NCBI GenBank assembly: GCA_963702845.1 | Contig: OY969763.1 | Location: forward strand, 3,200,001-3,264,000 | Length of the DNA stretch: 64,000 nucleotides | Direction of reading: 5' to 3' | Source of the DNA: an uncultured Verrucomicrobiae bacterium | Lineage (GTDB): Bacteria > Verrucomicrobiota > Verrucomicrobiia > Limisphaerales > Palsa-1400 | Shown here: positions 1 to 10,358 of the stretch, one piece after another | How positions within the stretch are numbered: position 1 is the first letter of the stretch | Layout of the letters: each line of letters begins with the position of its first letter | Position numbers and translations under genes: made by a program | Notes under the pieces: model-generated | The model's database searches: none | What the model saw: the letters and a program-made list of their open reading frames with translations, nothing else | What the model was told of the DNA's origin: nothing

Positions 1-2051
1 TGTCCGGCAACTGTCAGAGCGAGATCACCGGTTGTCGGCAACGGAATCGCTTGAACCAAACTACCCGTTGTATCGAATTCAACGATGGACAGCGGGTGGT
101 TGGAAGTGGTCAGGGAGGTTGCGCCATCACCTAAGCGCCAGACGACCAAGTGACCCTTGGTCAGGTTCTGGGTGAGGCTAAGCTGCGAAGTCGATGTCTT
201 AACAGTGACGACAGAAACCGAACTGGTGACGGAGTTACCATTGTAACCAGTCGCAATTAAAGTATAGGAACCGCTGTCGCTGATGGTCACGGGAACGCTA
301 AACGTACTCGCGGTCGCGCCAGGATAGTTGACGCCATTTTTCTGCCAACGATAGGTAATCGGAGCTGTACCAGTAGCGGCACCAATCAGGACGGGGATGT
401 GACCAGCGCGAACTTCCACTGCGGCAGCAGGGTTAGTGCTGATCAAGGGATCAGTCACGTTCAGGACAAATGCCGAGCTGGTTGTTGCGCCTGCATTGTT
501 GGTGGCGACGAGCGTATAAGAACCCGCATCAGCACCGAAGACGCCAGTCAAAGTCAACGTTGCCGTTGTCGAGCCTGCGATCGCCGCGCTGGTATTGGCG
601 ACGGCAGCGACATCGGTCAAATTGCCCGCGTTATGCTTCCACTGATAACCGCCAGTAGCACCGGCGAATGTGCCGGTGATGGTCACTGTTGAATTAGCAT
701 TCGAAGTTACAGGGCTGGCTGGGGTGAAGCTGGTAAATGTTGGCGGAATTGCCGAAACGTTGATGGTTCCGGAATCTACGGAAGTCAATCCACCGACAGC
801 GGCATCAATCACAGCAGAACCGACGTTATTCGGATGGAAAACAGCACTCTTATTGTTGCCGGCAGGAACGAGGTCGCCACTAACAACCGCACCGGAGAGG
901 CTAAGCAATGACCAGGTCGCATCCGGTGTATTTGTGAGGAAGTTATTACCGCCATCACGCTCGATCGCGTACACAGTCAAGTTTGCGCCGCCTTGAGAAA
1001 TCGTTTGGCCGGAAACGACGGTGCCGGAACCATCAGCCGCAGTCTCAACTCGAACCTGCGTCGGAGAACCAAGCTGAACCGTTACGGTTCCAGAATCAAC
1101 TGATGTCAAACTTCCGGCGGTGACACGGATCGTCGCCGTGCCGGTATGATTGCCAGTAAACACCGCACTGCGCCCGTTGCCAGCAGCGACGAGGTCGCCG
1201 TCCACAATGTTCCCGGTCTTATTGACCAACGACCATGTGGCGGTGTCATTGAGGAAGAAAGCATTACCGCTATCACGAACAATGGTGAAAAGAGTAACTG
1301 AACCGCCGACATTCATCGTCGTCCCCGCGTACGCACTGCCAGCAGAACCATCGGCGGCGGTTTCAGGCTGGATCGACGAACCGCAAGCGTTCAAGGTGCT
1401 GGTGCTGTTTTTGAGGGCACCTGCCACTGTTACAACAGCGAAATCGAGCTTGTTATTGTCCGTGTCAGTGCAACCGCCGTTCAAGCGCTGAATCTCCTGA
1501 GTGTTGGAGTTAATTGTTGCGTCGTTTGCCGAGCCGCCTTCAGCGGCATTGGCGGTAGCTCCATAGCCGATAAAATCAACGATGTTGGCGGCGCCCTGGG
1601 GATCTATGATAGCTCCGGGACCAGTGGCGCTGCTAAAAAGGCCGACTTTGGCCGCCGTTGCAGAAGAGTTAAATGTGCCGGTGGCATCAGCGGCCAGAGG
1701 CAGTGCTACGCCGCCACTCGCTGTCGTGCTGCCGGAAATCAGGTAATAACCATACCCTTGGATGGTAGCACCAGCTCCGCCAGTCCAGGCGGCTGCCCAA
1801 CTGGTGCCCGTGGCACTTGCGGCCTGGAGCGTATAGCCCTGAATGCTCTTCGCAGTTGCGCTGCGATTGAACAACACCACAAACTTCTGGTTGTAGGTTG
1901 AGCCAACGGAGCTCGAAGGACACACCTGAGCGATAACCACGTCAGGTGACAGAGGCGTCGCCCAAGCGCTGATTAGGGACAGGCAAGTTAAAATAAGGGT
2001 TACAACAGCGGCGCGACAACTGCGCCAAGCGAGGTTAGTTGAGGTGTTCAT
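1..2051 (-). CDS. Secreted lamin-tail-domain / Ig-like repeat protein (3' partial, runs off the window start)
   Basis: Manual translation from ATG at 2051: MNTSTNLAWRSCRAAVVTLILTCLSLISAWA (signal-like), then VVIAQVCP..YNQKFVVLFN..IVDFIGYG..DTDNNKLDF (LTD-like), PTQVRVETAADGSG modules and Ig-like YQWKHN/YRWQKNG..DSGSYTL. Not in the ORF track because the frame is open to the edge. Confidence 0.85.
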   Translation of the reverse strand, partial: MNTSTNLAWRSCRAAVVTLILTCLSLISAWATPLSPDVVIAQVCPSSSVGSTYNQKFVVLFNRSATAKSIQGYTLQAASATGTSWAAAWTGGAGATIQGYGYYLISGSTTASGGVALPLAADATGTFNSSATAAKVGLFSSATGPGAIIDPQGAANIVDFIGYGATANAAEGGSANDATINSNTQEIQRLNGGCTDTDNNKLDFAVVTVAGALKNSTSTLNACGSSIQPETAADGSAGSAYAGTTMNVGGSVTLFTIVRDSGNAFFLNDTATWSLVNKTGNIVDGDLVAAGNGRSAVFTGNHTGTATIRVTAGSLTSVDSGTVTVQLGSPTQVRVETAADGSGTVVSGQTISQGGANLTVYAIERDGGNNFLTNTPDATWSLLSLSGAVVSGDLVPAGNNKSAVFHPNNVGSAVIDAAVGGLTSVDSGTINVSAIPPTFTSFTPASPVTSNANSTVTITGTFAGATGGYQWKHNAGNLTDVAAVANTSAAIAGSTTATLTLTGVFGADAGSYTLVATNNAGATTSSAFVLNVTDPLISTNPAAAVEVRAGHIPVLIGAATGTAPITYRWQKNGVNYPGATASTFSVPVTISDSGSYTLIATGYNGNSVTSSVSVVTVKTSTSQLSLTQNLTKGHLVVWRLGDGATSLTTSNHPLSIVEFDTTGSLVQAIPLPTTGDLALTVAG

Positions 2052-2481
2052 AATGCGGGTGGAGGTTTACTATGGACTTTTTCTACTTACTGCTTCTTTC
2101 TTGGTTTTTGTTTGGAAATTTTTTCCAGCGCTTTATTACTCGAGTGATGCGCCGATCAAAGGACTAATGTGTAACAATTGCGCAACAAAGCTGCTGGTTA
2201 GCAGTGCGCGAGGCTGAAGGGAAAGTGCGAAACTTCCTTTTACCATCAAAGTCATATCAATTCTAGCGGTCGGGGCGAATGCGTAATACTTCTCTTCTGT
2301 GTAGTGCGCCTATCTTTCCAGCTTTTCCCTGACGAGGTCAATAGAAAAAGTTACTTATTGACTGATTTTTGAAGAAAGAACGAAAACTAATGACTTAAGT
2401 CATAAGTATTACCATATCTAGTGGTAGCGAGGCGCACTTACACAAAATTGTGACTGCAGTGACTCCGCGAAACCTAGGCAT

Positions 2482-4497
2482 TTAAGGCACCCCTTGATCG
2501 AGCAACTTAAGAGCTTCCTTGGCTTCTTGGGATTTGGGGTCGAGTCGTAACGCTTCGTTAACGTGCTTTCGCGCTTCTTCGTTCTTTCCGTGCATCGCAA
2601 GAAGCAGGCCCAACTGCAACTGCGTATCGGCATCTCCGGCGAACAACTCAACGGAGCGCTCGTAGTGCGCAAGGGCACCATCAATATCTTGTAACGTTAC
2701 GAGTGCCTTTCCCAGATTCGCGTGTGCGATCGCACTTGCGGGATTTAATTGGAGAGCCTTCCGATAAGCCTGCGCCGCGCGCTCCATTTGTCCAGTCTTG
2801 TCGTAGCAAACCCCCATATCGAGATAGATAGCAAATGACTTTGGATTAGAGTTCGCCGCCTGTTCGTAATGTGACATAGCTTCGTCGTAGCGCTTCAGTC
2901 GGCAAAGGGCGTCAGCAAATCGGTATTCCGCCCTCCATAAATCAACCTTCTCCATGTGACCGGGATTCTGAAGGCCCAGACGAAACTGTTCGACAGCTTC
3001 CGGTAATTGCCCCACTTCCACAAGCTCTTCGGCAACTGCCGCTCTCGCAAAAAAATTATCAGGTTCCTTAGCAAGGGCAGCTCGGTATTGCTCGATCGAG
3101 TCCTTGTGATGGCCTAACAACGAATCGATCGTCCCCATATTGACGTGTGCCATCACGTAATCCGGCTTGAGATTGAGCGCCTGAGTGCATTGCTCTTTCG
3201 CTTTTGGAAGATTTTGATGTAGCACGTAATAGTGGGCGAGGTTGTTATGCGCGAGAGCGGAGGCCGGCGAAATCTTCAACACGCGGATAAACACCACCTC
3301 AGTATCCTTCCAGTATAGGATTTGCGCGCGGGTCATAATGGCAAGGAGAACAACGGCGGCGAGAATTGCGAAACCGGAAATCCAACGCGCTCCAGCAACC
3401 CGCGCCAGTATTTCGGAAAAACCCCAAACCACCAGCATTGCGATTCCGATCGACGGCACATACGAATAACGATCAGCCATGCACTGGTCACCCACCTGAA
3501 CCAGGCCGATGACAGGAACCAGCGTCCCTAAATACCAGAGCCAACCAACCAAGAGATAACGTTTTGACCGGCCGTAGAACACGAGCATCCATGTAACAGC
3601 AGCTAGAAATAATATCGCGAGCAGCACTTGCCAAACAGGCCATGGTGTCAGACGCAAATACAGAGGGGCAAGGCTGTCAGGCCAAAACATCTTTCCCAGA
3701 TAACGGACGTACGACACCAGCGCATTTCCAATTCGATATCCGAACGATAATCGAAATGTTCCTTCCATCGCGCCGATGTTTCGTTGAGCAAGAAAAGTTG
3801 CAATGCTGAGTCCCGCGCTCAGAGCGAATAATGGGATTTTTTCGCGCAGCCGTTTCGGAAAATTATCCAGGCGGCGCAACGGCCAGTGATCCAGCAGAAG
3901 CAAGACGAACGGCAAGGTGACCACCATCGGCTTGGACATGACTGCAAGGCAGTAAAGCACAATGATAAGCGAATATTTCCAGAACCCGGGCCTTTTCACC
4001 CATTCGAAGTACGCTCCTATTGTCAGCAAAAAGAACAGCGTGCTTAAAACATCTTTTCTTTCGGCAACCCAGGCGACGGATTCAACTCTTAACGGGTGGA
4101 TCGCAAACAACACAGCGACGGCTGCGCTTCTCCAGATGTTTCCGGTTGCGTCGCGCAATAAAAAGAAAAGCACCAGGGTGTTGGCAGTGTGGATCAATAA
4201 ATTGGTGAAGTGGTGCATCGACGGATTCAGCCCGAACCACGTGCAGTCCAACATATGAGATAACATTGTGACTGGATGCCAATTTCCCAAGACACTGTGC
4301 GTAAAGGCCCACTGAATGTTTGCCAACGTCAACCCTGTGAAAACGTGACGATTTTCAATCACCAAAAAACTGTCGTCGTAATTCAGAAACTGGCACTGCA
4401 TCACGCGCCAAAAGGTCATCCAGATAACCAGCGCCAACCCGGCAGCAATCCCACAACTGAGCCAATCGAGGGCGCGACCTTTTTCAACGCTGTGCAT
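2482..4497 (-). CDS. TMTC-like multi-pass GT-C membrane protein with C-terminal TPR repeats
   Basis: 671 aa. N-terminal loop [28 protein letters not shown], many hydrophobic segments, then TPR units (AHNNLA, AHVNMG, ALQLNP). Confidence 0.85.
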   Translation of the reverse strand: MHSVEKGRALDWLSCGIAAGLALVIWMTFWRVMQCQFLNYDDSFLVIENRHVFTGLTLANIQWAFTHSVLGNWHPVTMLSHMLDCTWFGLNPSMHHFTNLLIHTANTLVLFFLLRDATGNIWRSAAVAVLFAIHPLRVESVAWVAERKDVLSTLFFLLTIGAYFEWVKRPGFWKYSLIIVLYCLAVMSKPMVVTLPFVLLLLDHWPLRRLDNFPKRLREKIPLFALSAGLSIATFLAQRNIGAMEGTFRLSFGYRIGNALVSYVRYLGKMFWPDSLAPLYLRLTPWPVWQVLLAILFLAAVTWMLVFYGRSKRYLLVGWLWYLGTLVPVIGLVQVGDQCMADRYSYVPSIGIAMLVVWGFSEILARVAGARWISGFAILAAVVLLAIMTRAQILYWKDTEVVFIRVLKISPASALAHNNLAHYYVLHQNLPKAKEQCTQALNLKPDYVMAHVNMGTIDSLLGHHKDSIEQYRAALAKEPDNFFARAAVAEELVEVGQLPEAVEQFRLGLQNPGHMEKVDLWRAEYRFADALCRLKRYDEAMSHYEQAANSNPKSFAIYLDMGVCYDKTGQMERAAQAYRKALQLNPASAIAHANLGKALVTLQDIDGALAHYERSVELFAGDADTQLQLGLLLAMHGKNEEARKHVNEALRLDPKSQEAKEALKLLDQGVP

Positions 4498-4578
4498 TTG
4501 AGCCTATAAAGTAGGGATGGATTTTTTCGCTAACAAGCTTAACCGTGAACATCTGGTTTCCCGATGTCTTGCTTGGAG

Positions 4579-6160
4579 TTATTTCTCTTCGTGATATCCA
4601 GTCTCGGTATTGATCGACCAGAGATTATCTTTGGTCGAGATATTCTGGATGATATTGTCGACTGCCGTCATCGCTGTGAGCATTGAGTGGTCTTGATTGT
4701 TGTAGCGATGCATGCCATTGCGCCCGATCAGGAAAAGGTTTTCGAATCTGTCGGTGAAAGCGCGAATCTCGTGGAACCGATCATACTGTACCCCAATACG
4801 CCGGATACGTTTTAGGAACCCTTACAACTGTGCCGTCGAGGAAATCTTCCGCATCGATAAAACCTAGTTGGACCAACTCGCGCTTCGCGAACTCAATCAT
4901 CTTATCCCGGGGCAACTCCCACAAACTATCACCTTCGTTGCAGAAGTATTCCAAACCGATCCAAATCGTTTCTGCATTTTTCACCAGATATGGGCTCCAG
5001 TTATTGAAGACCTGTATCCGTCCTACTTTGACGTCTGGTTCCTGCACATAGATCCAGTTATCGGGAATCAGGTCTCCCCCATTATGGGTGGTTGTGTTCT
5101 TAACCTTCAGTTTTTTTAGCAGCAGACCAACAGTGATGAAGTCTCGATACACCAGGCCATTGGCAATCGTCTGGATTTCTCGAGGAGCCGAGTCCTCCAT
5201 GCATTGGATAAGATCCCGGACCGGCATCGACGAAAAAAAATAATCTCCCGCAACGGAATTTTGTGTCCCGTTGACGATATCAGTGACTTGCAGCGAACCG
5301 ACGCGTGCGCCATTGCATTCAATGTGAGATGCTTTCTGGTTAAAATGAATCTCGCCGCCGCGCTTTATCACCTCGTTAGCTACTTCTTCCCAAAGTTGCC
5401 CGGGGCCGAACTTCGGATATAGAAAACGCTCGATGAGACTCGTCTCCGTTGACGATTGCGCGATGGAACTGTCGCGAGTGAACGATTTTTTTGATGCATC
5501 TTTCAATGTCGACCAGACGGACAAACCTTTGATGCGTTGGGCCCCCCACTCTGCTTTTATCTGATGGCAAGGCACCCCCCAGACTTTTTCGGTGTAATCC
5601 TTGAAGAACGTTTCGTAAAGAACGCGACCAAAGCGGTTGATGAAGAAGTCTTCCAATGAGCGCTCTGGCCTGATCGGCACCAGGCGTGCACGGATGTAGC
5701 TGGCAAGGATACGGAATACTCGAACTACCCCGAGGAGCCTCAATGTTTCGAAACTCAATGAGATGGGATATTTGAAAAATTTCCGCAGATAAAAGATTCG
5801 CGAAAACCTGCGACGCACCAGCATAACTTTGTCCGTCTGCTCCGGGTCAGGCCCGTTTTGGTTCAGGACAACGTCATGTTGCTGTTGTTGATACCTGATT
5901 GAGACGTTGCCATCCTCAATGCCGCCCTGTAGAGGCAAAATCTGGTCCCACCATTTCATCACGCGTTCGGATTTGGAAAAAAAACGGTGCCCGCCGATGT
6001 CCATTCGATTGCCTTTGTATTGAATTGTCCGCGCCAACCCCCCGACCCCTTCACCTGCTTCGAAAATGATCGGAATAATGTCTGTTCGTTGGACCAATTC
6101 ATAAGCCGCAGTCAAACCCGCCGGGCCCGCCCCAATGATGATTGCTCGCCGACGGCTCAT
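4579..6160 (-). CDS. NAD(P)/FAD-dependent oxidoreductase (HemY/UDP-galactopyranose-mutase-like superfamily), frameshifted near 4786
   Basis: GAGPAG dinucleotide-binding motif and [10 protein letters not shown]. The ORF stops at PAYWGTV* (4781), but removing one base continues as [38 protein letters not shown] to 4579. The ATG overlaps the upstream gene's TGA (6157-6160). Confidence 0.85.
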
Positions 6161-8175
6161 TTCGATTGAACTCCAGATTTTTGTTCGTGCCGTGAAGCAG
6201 CGATCTCTTCGAGAGCTTCCTTTGCTTCTGATGCGCTCGGATTCAACCGTAACGCTTCGCGCAAATGTTTTTCGGCCTCTGGAAAGTTGTTATTCAATGC
6301 TAGCAATAACCCAAACTGCGTTTGTATATCCGGATTCCCAGGAAAGAGCTCAATGGAACGCGAGTAGTGGCCGATACCTTCATTAACGTGATTTAGGACC
6401 ACCAAAACCTTGCCCAGACACGCGTGGGCCAAAGCATTGTTCGGATTAATACGCAATGCCTCCCTAAACGCCTGGGCTGCGTCATCATTTTTACCTAACT
6501 TCTCATAGCAAACCCCCAACCCCGTCCGTGTGTCCGAGATTTCAGGGCCAAGTTCTACCGCGCGCAGGTAATGCGTCAACGCTTCCTCAAACCTACCTGC
6601 ATCCGCCAGTGAATGCGCCCAGTTGATTTCAGGGTTTGCCCAACGAGGTTTCAGTCGCAACGCGGCTTCAAATTCAGCTGCTGCCTCAGACATATGCCCC
6701 TTGAGCGCGAGTTCTGCCCCAAGATTGTTATGCGCATCGGGGTACGACGGAACAACACGCAATGCATGTTCAAAATGCTCTATAGCGTCTTTGTGCTGTC
6801 CTCGACGAGATTCGATAGACCCGAGCAAGTTGTGACCAATGTAGTTGTCGGAGCATGCCGTCACCATGCTGGTGTACAGTCGTTCACTATTTTCCCAAAT
6901 TCCTACCTGCTGCCTGCTCAATACGATCAATCCTGCCGTTACGGTAGCTACGATGGCGCCGGCAAAACTTGCGATCCACCGCCCCCCCGCGAGGAATGCA
7001 CCCGCACCCCAAATCATGGCGATAAGAAACCCGATGCATGGAATATAGGTGAAGCGATCGGCCTGAGCCTGCACGCCGACAGGAACAAATCCGATCACCG
7101 GCACTAGGGTTCCTAGAAACCAAAACCATCCAACCGCGATGAATGGTTTCCGGCGCAATCGCACCGCGACCAGTGTAACAGCTACCAGCAACGCAAACGC
7201 CATCCCAATATGGAACCAATTGAGAACTTTTGGCAAATCGACGCGAGGCGCAAGTTCGAACGGCCAAACTAACTCCCGCAAGTAAAGAACGTACGATGTT
7301 GCTACATCGCCAAGTCGCCCAAGATAGGAATAGGTTTGGACAGAATAAATATTTCCCTGCGTCCGTCCCAAACTCGATGCCACCACTGAGGTTACGGCAC
7401 TCATCACGAACAACGGGATCTTCTCGACTATCAGTCGTCCGAGAAGGCGTACAGCGTCTTTGCTCCCTCCTACAGACGTGTCAGAAGTTGTCGCCAAATT
7501 TCCGGGGAATCTTCGAAGAGGCCAATAATCCAATAAGAGTAAGACGAATGGAGCCGTCACCGCCATTGGCTTAGACATCAATGCTCCCGCATATAAAAGC
7601 AGCGTTGCGACGTAGTAAACCAACTTCGACTTCTTTACCCATGCTGCGTAACTCCAAATCGTCAGGAGATAGAAAAGAGCACACAGCAAGTCTTTGCGCT
7701 CTGCTACCCAAGCCACGGACTCAACGCGAAGCGGATGGACTGCGAAAAGTAGTGCCACAAACGCACTCCGCCATATCGCCCCAGTGAGAGACCGTAATAG
7801 AAAAAATAAAACAATGCTGTTGATTGCGTGCAAAACAACATTTACGAGATGATGGGGGCCGGCATTCAACCCAAACAGCTGCACATCCAAGGCGTGTGAC
7901 AGCATGCTCAGGGGATGCCAATTCGATGCAGCCGTGCCGGTAAAGGTCCACTTCACGGTTTCCCACGTCAGCCCCTGCTGGATATGCGGATTCGAGTAGA
8001 CGTATTCAGGATCATCGATTGAAACGAAATCGAAGTGAATGGTCGGCCAATAGATCACCCAAGTGCAACCAATCAATACCGCAACGATAAAAATGGGGGT
8101 AAAGACCGATGAACTGAAGATAGTCGGTTTGCGGTTCAAGCCGTGAAAAGCAAGGCTAGCAACAGCGTGTCTCAA
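6157..8175 (-). CDS. TMTC-like GT-C membrane protein with TPR repeats (paralogue of 2482-4497)
   Basis: [35 protein letters not shown] tail. Start codon uncertain. Confidence 0.85.
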   Translation of the reverse strand: MRHAVASLAFHGLNRKPTIFSSSVFTPIFIVAVLIGCTWVIYWPTIHFDFVSIDDPEYVYSNPHIQQGLTWETVKWTFTGTAASNWHPLSMLSHALDVQLFGLNAGPHHLVNVVLHAINSIVLFFLLRSLTGAIWRSAFVALLFAVHPLRVESVAWVAERKDLLCALFYLLTIWSYAAWVKKSKLVYYVATLLLYAGALMSKPMAVTAPFVLLLLDYWPLRRFPGNLATTSDTSVGGSKDAVRLLGRLIVEKIPLFVMSAVTSVVASSLGRTQGNIYSVQTYSYLGRLGDVATSYVLYLRELVWPFELAPRVDLPKVLNWFHIGMAFALLVAVTLVAVRLRRKPFIAVGWFWFLGTLVPVIGFVPVGVQAQADRFTYIPCIGFLIAMIWGAGAFLAGGRWIASFAGAIVATVTAGLIVLSRQQVGIWENSERLYTSMVTACSDNYIGHNLLGSIESRRGQHKDAIEHFEHALRVVPSYPDAHNNLGAELALKGHMSEAAAEFEAALRLKPRWANPEINWAHSLADAGRFEEALTHYLRAVELGPEISDTRTGLGVCYEKLGKNDDAAQAFREALRINPNNALAHACLGKVLVVLNHVNEGIGHYSRSIELFPGNPDIQTQFGLLLALNNNFPEAEKHLREALRLNPSASEAKEALEEIAASRHEQKSGVQSK

Positions 8176-8217
8176 ATCAAAGGTGATAATTAGGTTGCAC
8201 GTTACGCTGCCGTTCTA

Positions 8218-10056
8218 CTATCGCTTAATGCCCGCATTCTTCGATTGCTGCGCTTGCTCCAAACTCGCTTGCGCTTGCGCGTTCTGCGGATCGAGGCGCA
8301 ATGCTTCTTTAAATTGCGCGATCGACTCATCGTGCCGGCCCACCCGGCCATAGGCATTTCCAAGGTTGATGTGCGTTTGCGAATTATCGGGCGCGATCTT
8401 CAGCGCGGCTTGATATTCGGCGACGGCTTCAGGCAGTCGGCCGGTCGCGAATAGCAGTGTGCCTATATTATTATGGACGTGCGCGCTGTTGGGTTGCCGT
8501 TGGAGCACGGCCCTTAACTCAGCCTCGGCGTCATCCGGTCGGCCCACCGCGTTCAAGAGTTGAGCGAAATCTTCGTGCACGTTGCTGTTACCGGGATCCA
8601 GCTTGATCGATTCGCGATATAAACGAATGGCTTCGTCATAATCGCCGCGACGCATCACCGCATCGGCCAGGTTCGCCCAGGCCATCGGCGCGGCCGGATT
8701 TTTCCGCGCGTTGTCGCGCCAGAGCATTTCAGGATTTGCAAACAATCGTGCGCGCGCAAACGAGCCCGCGGCCAGCGCGCAGGTCAAACACACGGTCACA
8801 ACACCGAGATTGAACGCATCCCCCTGCCCTTTCGCCGACCGGGCCGATGAACAAGCGCGAACCAGCTGATGCACGACAAGGCCTATCACCGCCACAAGCC
8901 CGATCATCGGAAAATATTGTAAATGATCCGCAACTTGAGTTTGCAGCAGGTAGGAAATCGGTATGACGCCCAGCACCGGGATCGCCATCACGGTAAAAAA
9001 TAGAAAGCCGTAAAATGGAATTTTCCCGACGACCGTGTTTCGTCGCAACCCCCACAAAACCGCTAACCACACCAGCCACAGCAACAGTGGCAACCACGTG
9101 AGGAAATTTTTCAGGTCAATCTCCCAGTGCGGATAAATTGGCATCAGGTTGATCGGCAGCAAAATTTTGCCGGTATAGAACCAAAGCGCATATCCGCCAC
9201 CAAGCACCCTCGTCATGAAGGGCGCGATCTCGCCGGCCTCAACCGACACCATCGCGCGATGGTGTTGAAACCAAATGCCCGCCAATCCCGCCGCCAGCGA
9301 TAACAGAAAAAACGGAGCCATGCGCGCCAGGTCCGCTCTCTTTCGCCAGCCGACCATCGCCAGCAAACCAAACGGCAGCATGACCACGGAGATCTTGCTT
9401 AACAACGCACCTGCAAATGCCAGCAGCGCGCATGTATATATGGCATTATCCCATCCGACTGCTTTTGGACCATTCAGCACCGGACGCGCGCGCAAAAACA
9501 GCAACACCGAGGCGAGCGCAAGAAAGGTCGATAACGTGTTCTTCAATTCCGCGACCCACGCGACCGTCCCGACGCAGACCGGATGGACGCAGAAGATGGC
9601 AGCGGCGATTCCTGCGCCAGGAAGTTTCAATCGCCGCAGTATCCGCCAGATCAAGAAAGACGAGCCGGCGTGCAATAATAAATTCAACACTCGATATCCG
9701 CCCGGATTGTCGCCGAAGAAACGCCACTCGAACCAAAATACTGTCGACGTCAGCGGAAGATAATCCACGTCTTTGCCCGACCAAATCCCCAACAGACCAT
9801 CCGGGGCGCGCACCAGGGAGTTGTTCGAAACCATGATCGCATCGTCCCAGATGAACGGCCCCTTGATCGCCGGCGCGTAAATGATAAACGCCAGCGCAGC
9901 CAAAGCCGCGAGCGCGAACATCATTCCGGGAAATTCTGATTTGGCGGTTGTCTGGCGGGAAGCCACGGGCAGCCAAAGTAAGAACTTAGCTAATCGGCGG
10001 CAAGCAAATGCCGAGGCAATGCTCACCATCCGCAACCGGCGCAGGATTGCGACCAC
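8218..10056 (-). CDS. TMTC-like GT-C membrane protein with TPR repeats (more divergent paralogue)
   Basis: FIWDD, HPVCVGTVAWVAELKN, ADHLQYFP, TPR tail. True start may be downstream (MMFALAAL...). Confidence 0.8.
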   Translation of the reverse strand: MVAILRRLRMVSIASAFACRRLAKFLLWLPVASRQTTAKSEFPGMMFALAALAALAFIIYAPAIKGPFIWDDAIMVSNNSLVRAPDGLLGIWSGKDVDYLPLTSTVFWFEWRFFGDNPGGYRVLNLLLHAGSSFLIWRILRRLKLPGAGIAAAIFCVHPVCVGTVAWVAELKNTLSTFLALASVLLFLRARPVLNGPKAVGWDNAIYTCALLAFAGALLSKISVVMLPFGLLAMVGWRKRADLARMAPFFLLSLAAGLAGIWFQHHRAMVSVEAGEIAPFMTRVLGGGYALWFYTGKILLPINLMPIYPHWEIDLKNFLTWLPLLLWLVWLAVLWGLRRNTVVGKIPFYGFLFFTVMAIPVLGVIPISYLLQTQVADHLQYFPMIGLVAVIGLVVHQLVRACSSARSAKGQGDAFNLGVVTVCLTCALAAGSFARARLFANPEMLWRDNARKNPAAPMAWANLADAVMRRGDYDEAIRLYRESIKLDPGNSNVHEDFAQLLNAVGRPDDAEAELRAVLQRQPNSAHVHNNIGTLLFATGRLPEAVAEYQAALKIAPDNSQTHINLGNAYGRVGRHDESIAQFKEALRLDPQNAQAQASLEQAQQSKNAGIKR

Positions 10057-10244
10057 TTATCGCCGACGCACTTCTATTTAGTCACTTGATCGCCCGCCGG
10101 TAGCTCCAGCCAAAAACGGCTGCCGCGATCAGGAGCTAGTTACTGTTGAGCTTTCAACCGTTTAGTGTCTTCGAGAATCGTGACACTGATCATTGTCATC
10201 ATAGCTCTCGTTGGCGCTTTCTGAGGGAACGGCCTTATGGGTTC

Positions 10245-10331
10245 GCGCCCCCGCCACTCGGGCCTTTCTCGGTGGAGAAAGGGTTTATGCAATGCGTGAA
10301 AACGCGCCGCTATATAACTCAAAACCTCAAA
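10245..10331 (+). repeat. Dispersed intergenic repeat fragment (3' part of consensus)
   Basis: GCGCCCCCGCCACTCGGGCCTTTCTCGGTGGAGAAAGGGTTTATGCAATGCGTGAAAACGCGCCGCTATATAACTC aligns to 60352-60430 and 55177-55252. Confidence 0.9.
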
Positions 10332-10358
10332 CAATTTGTGTGGGACAGAGGATGACGA

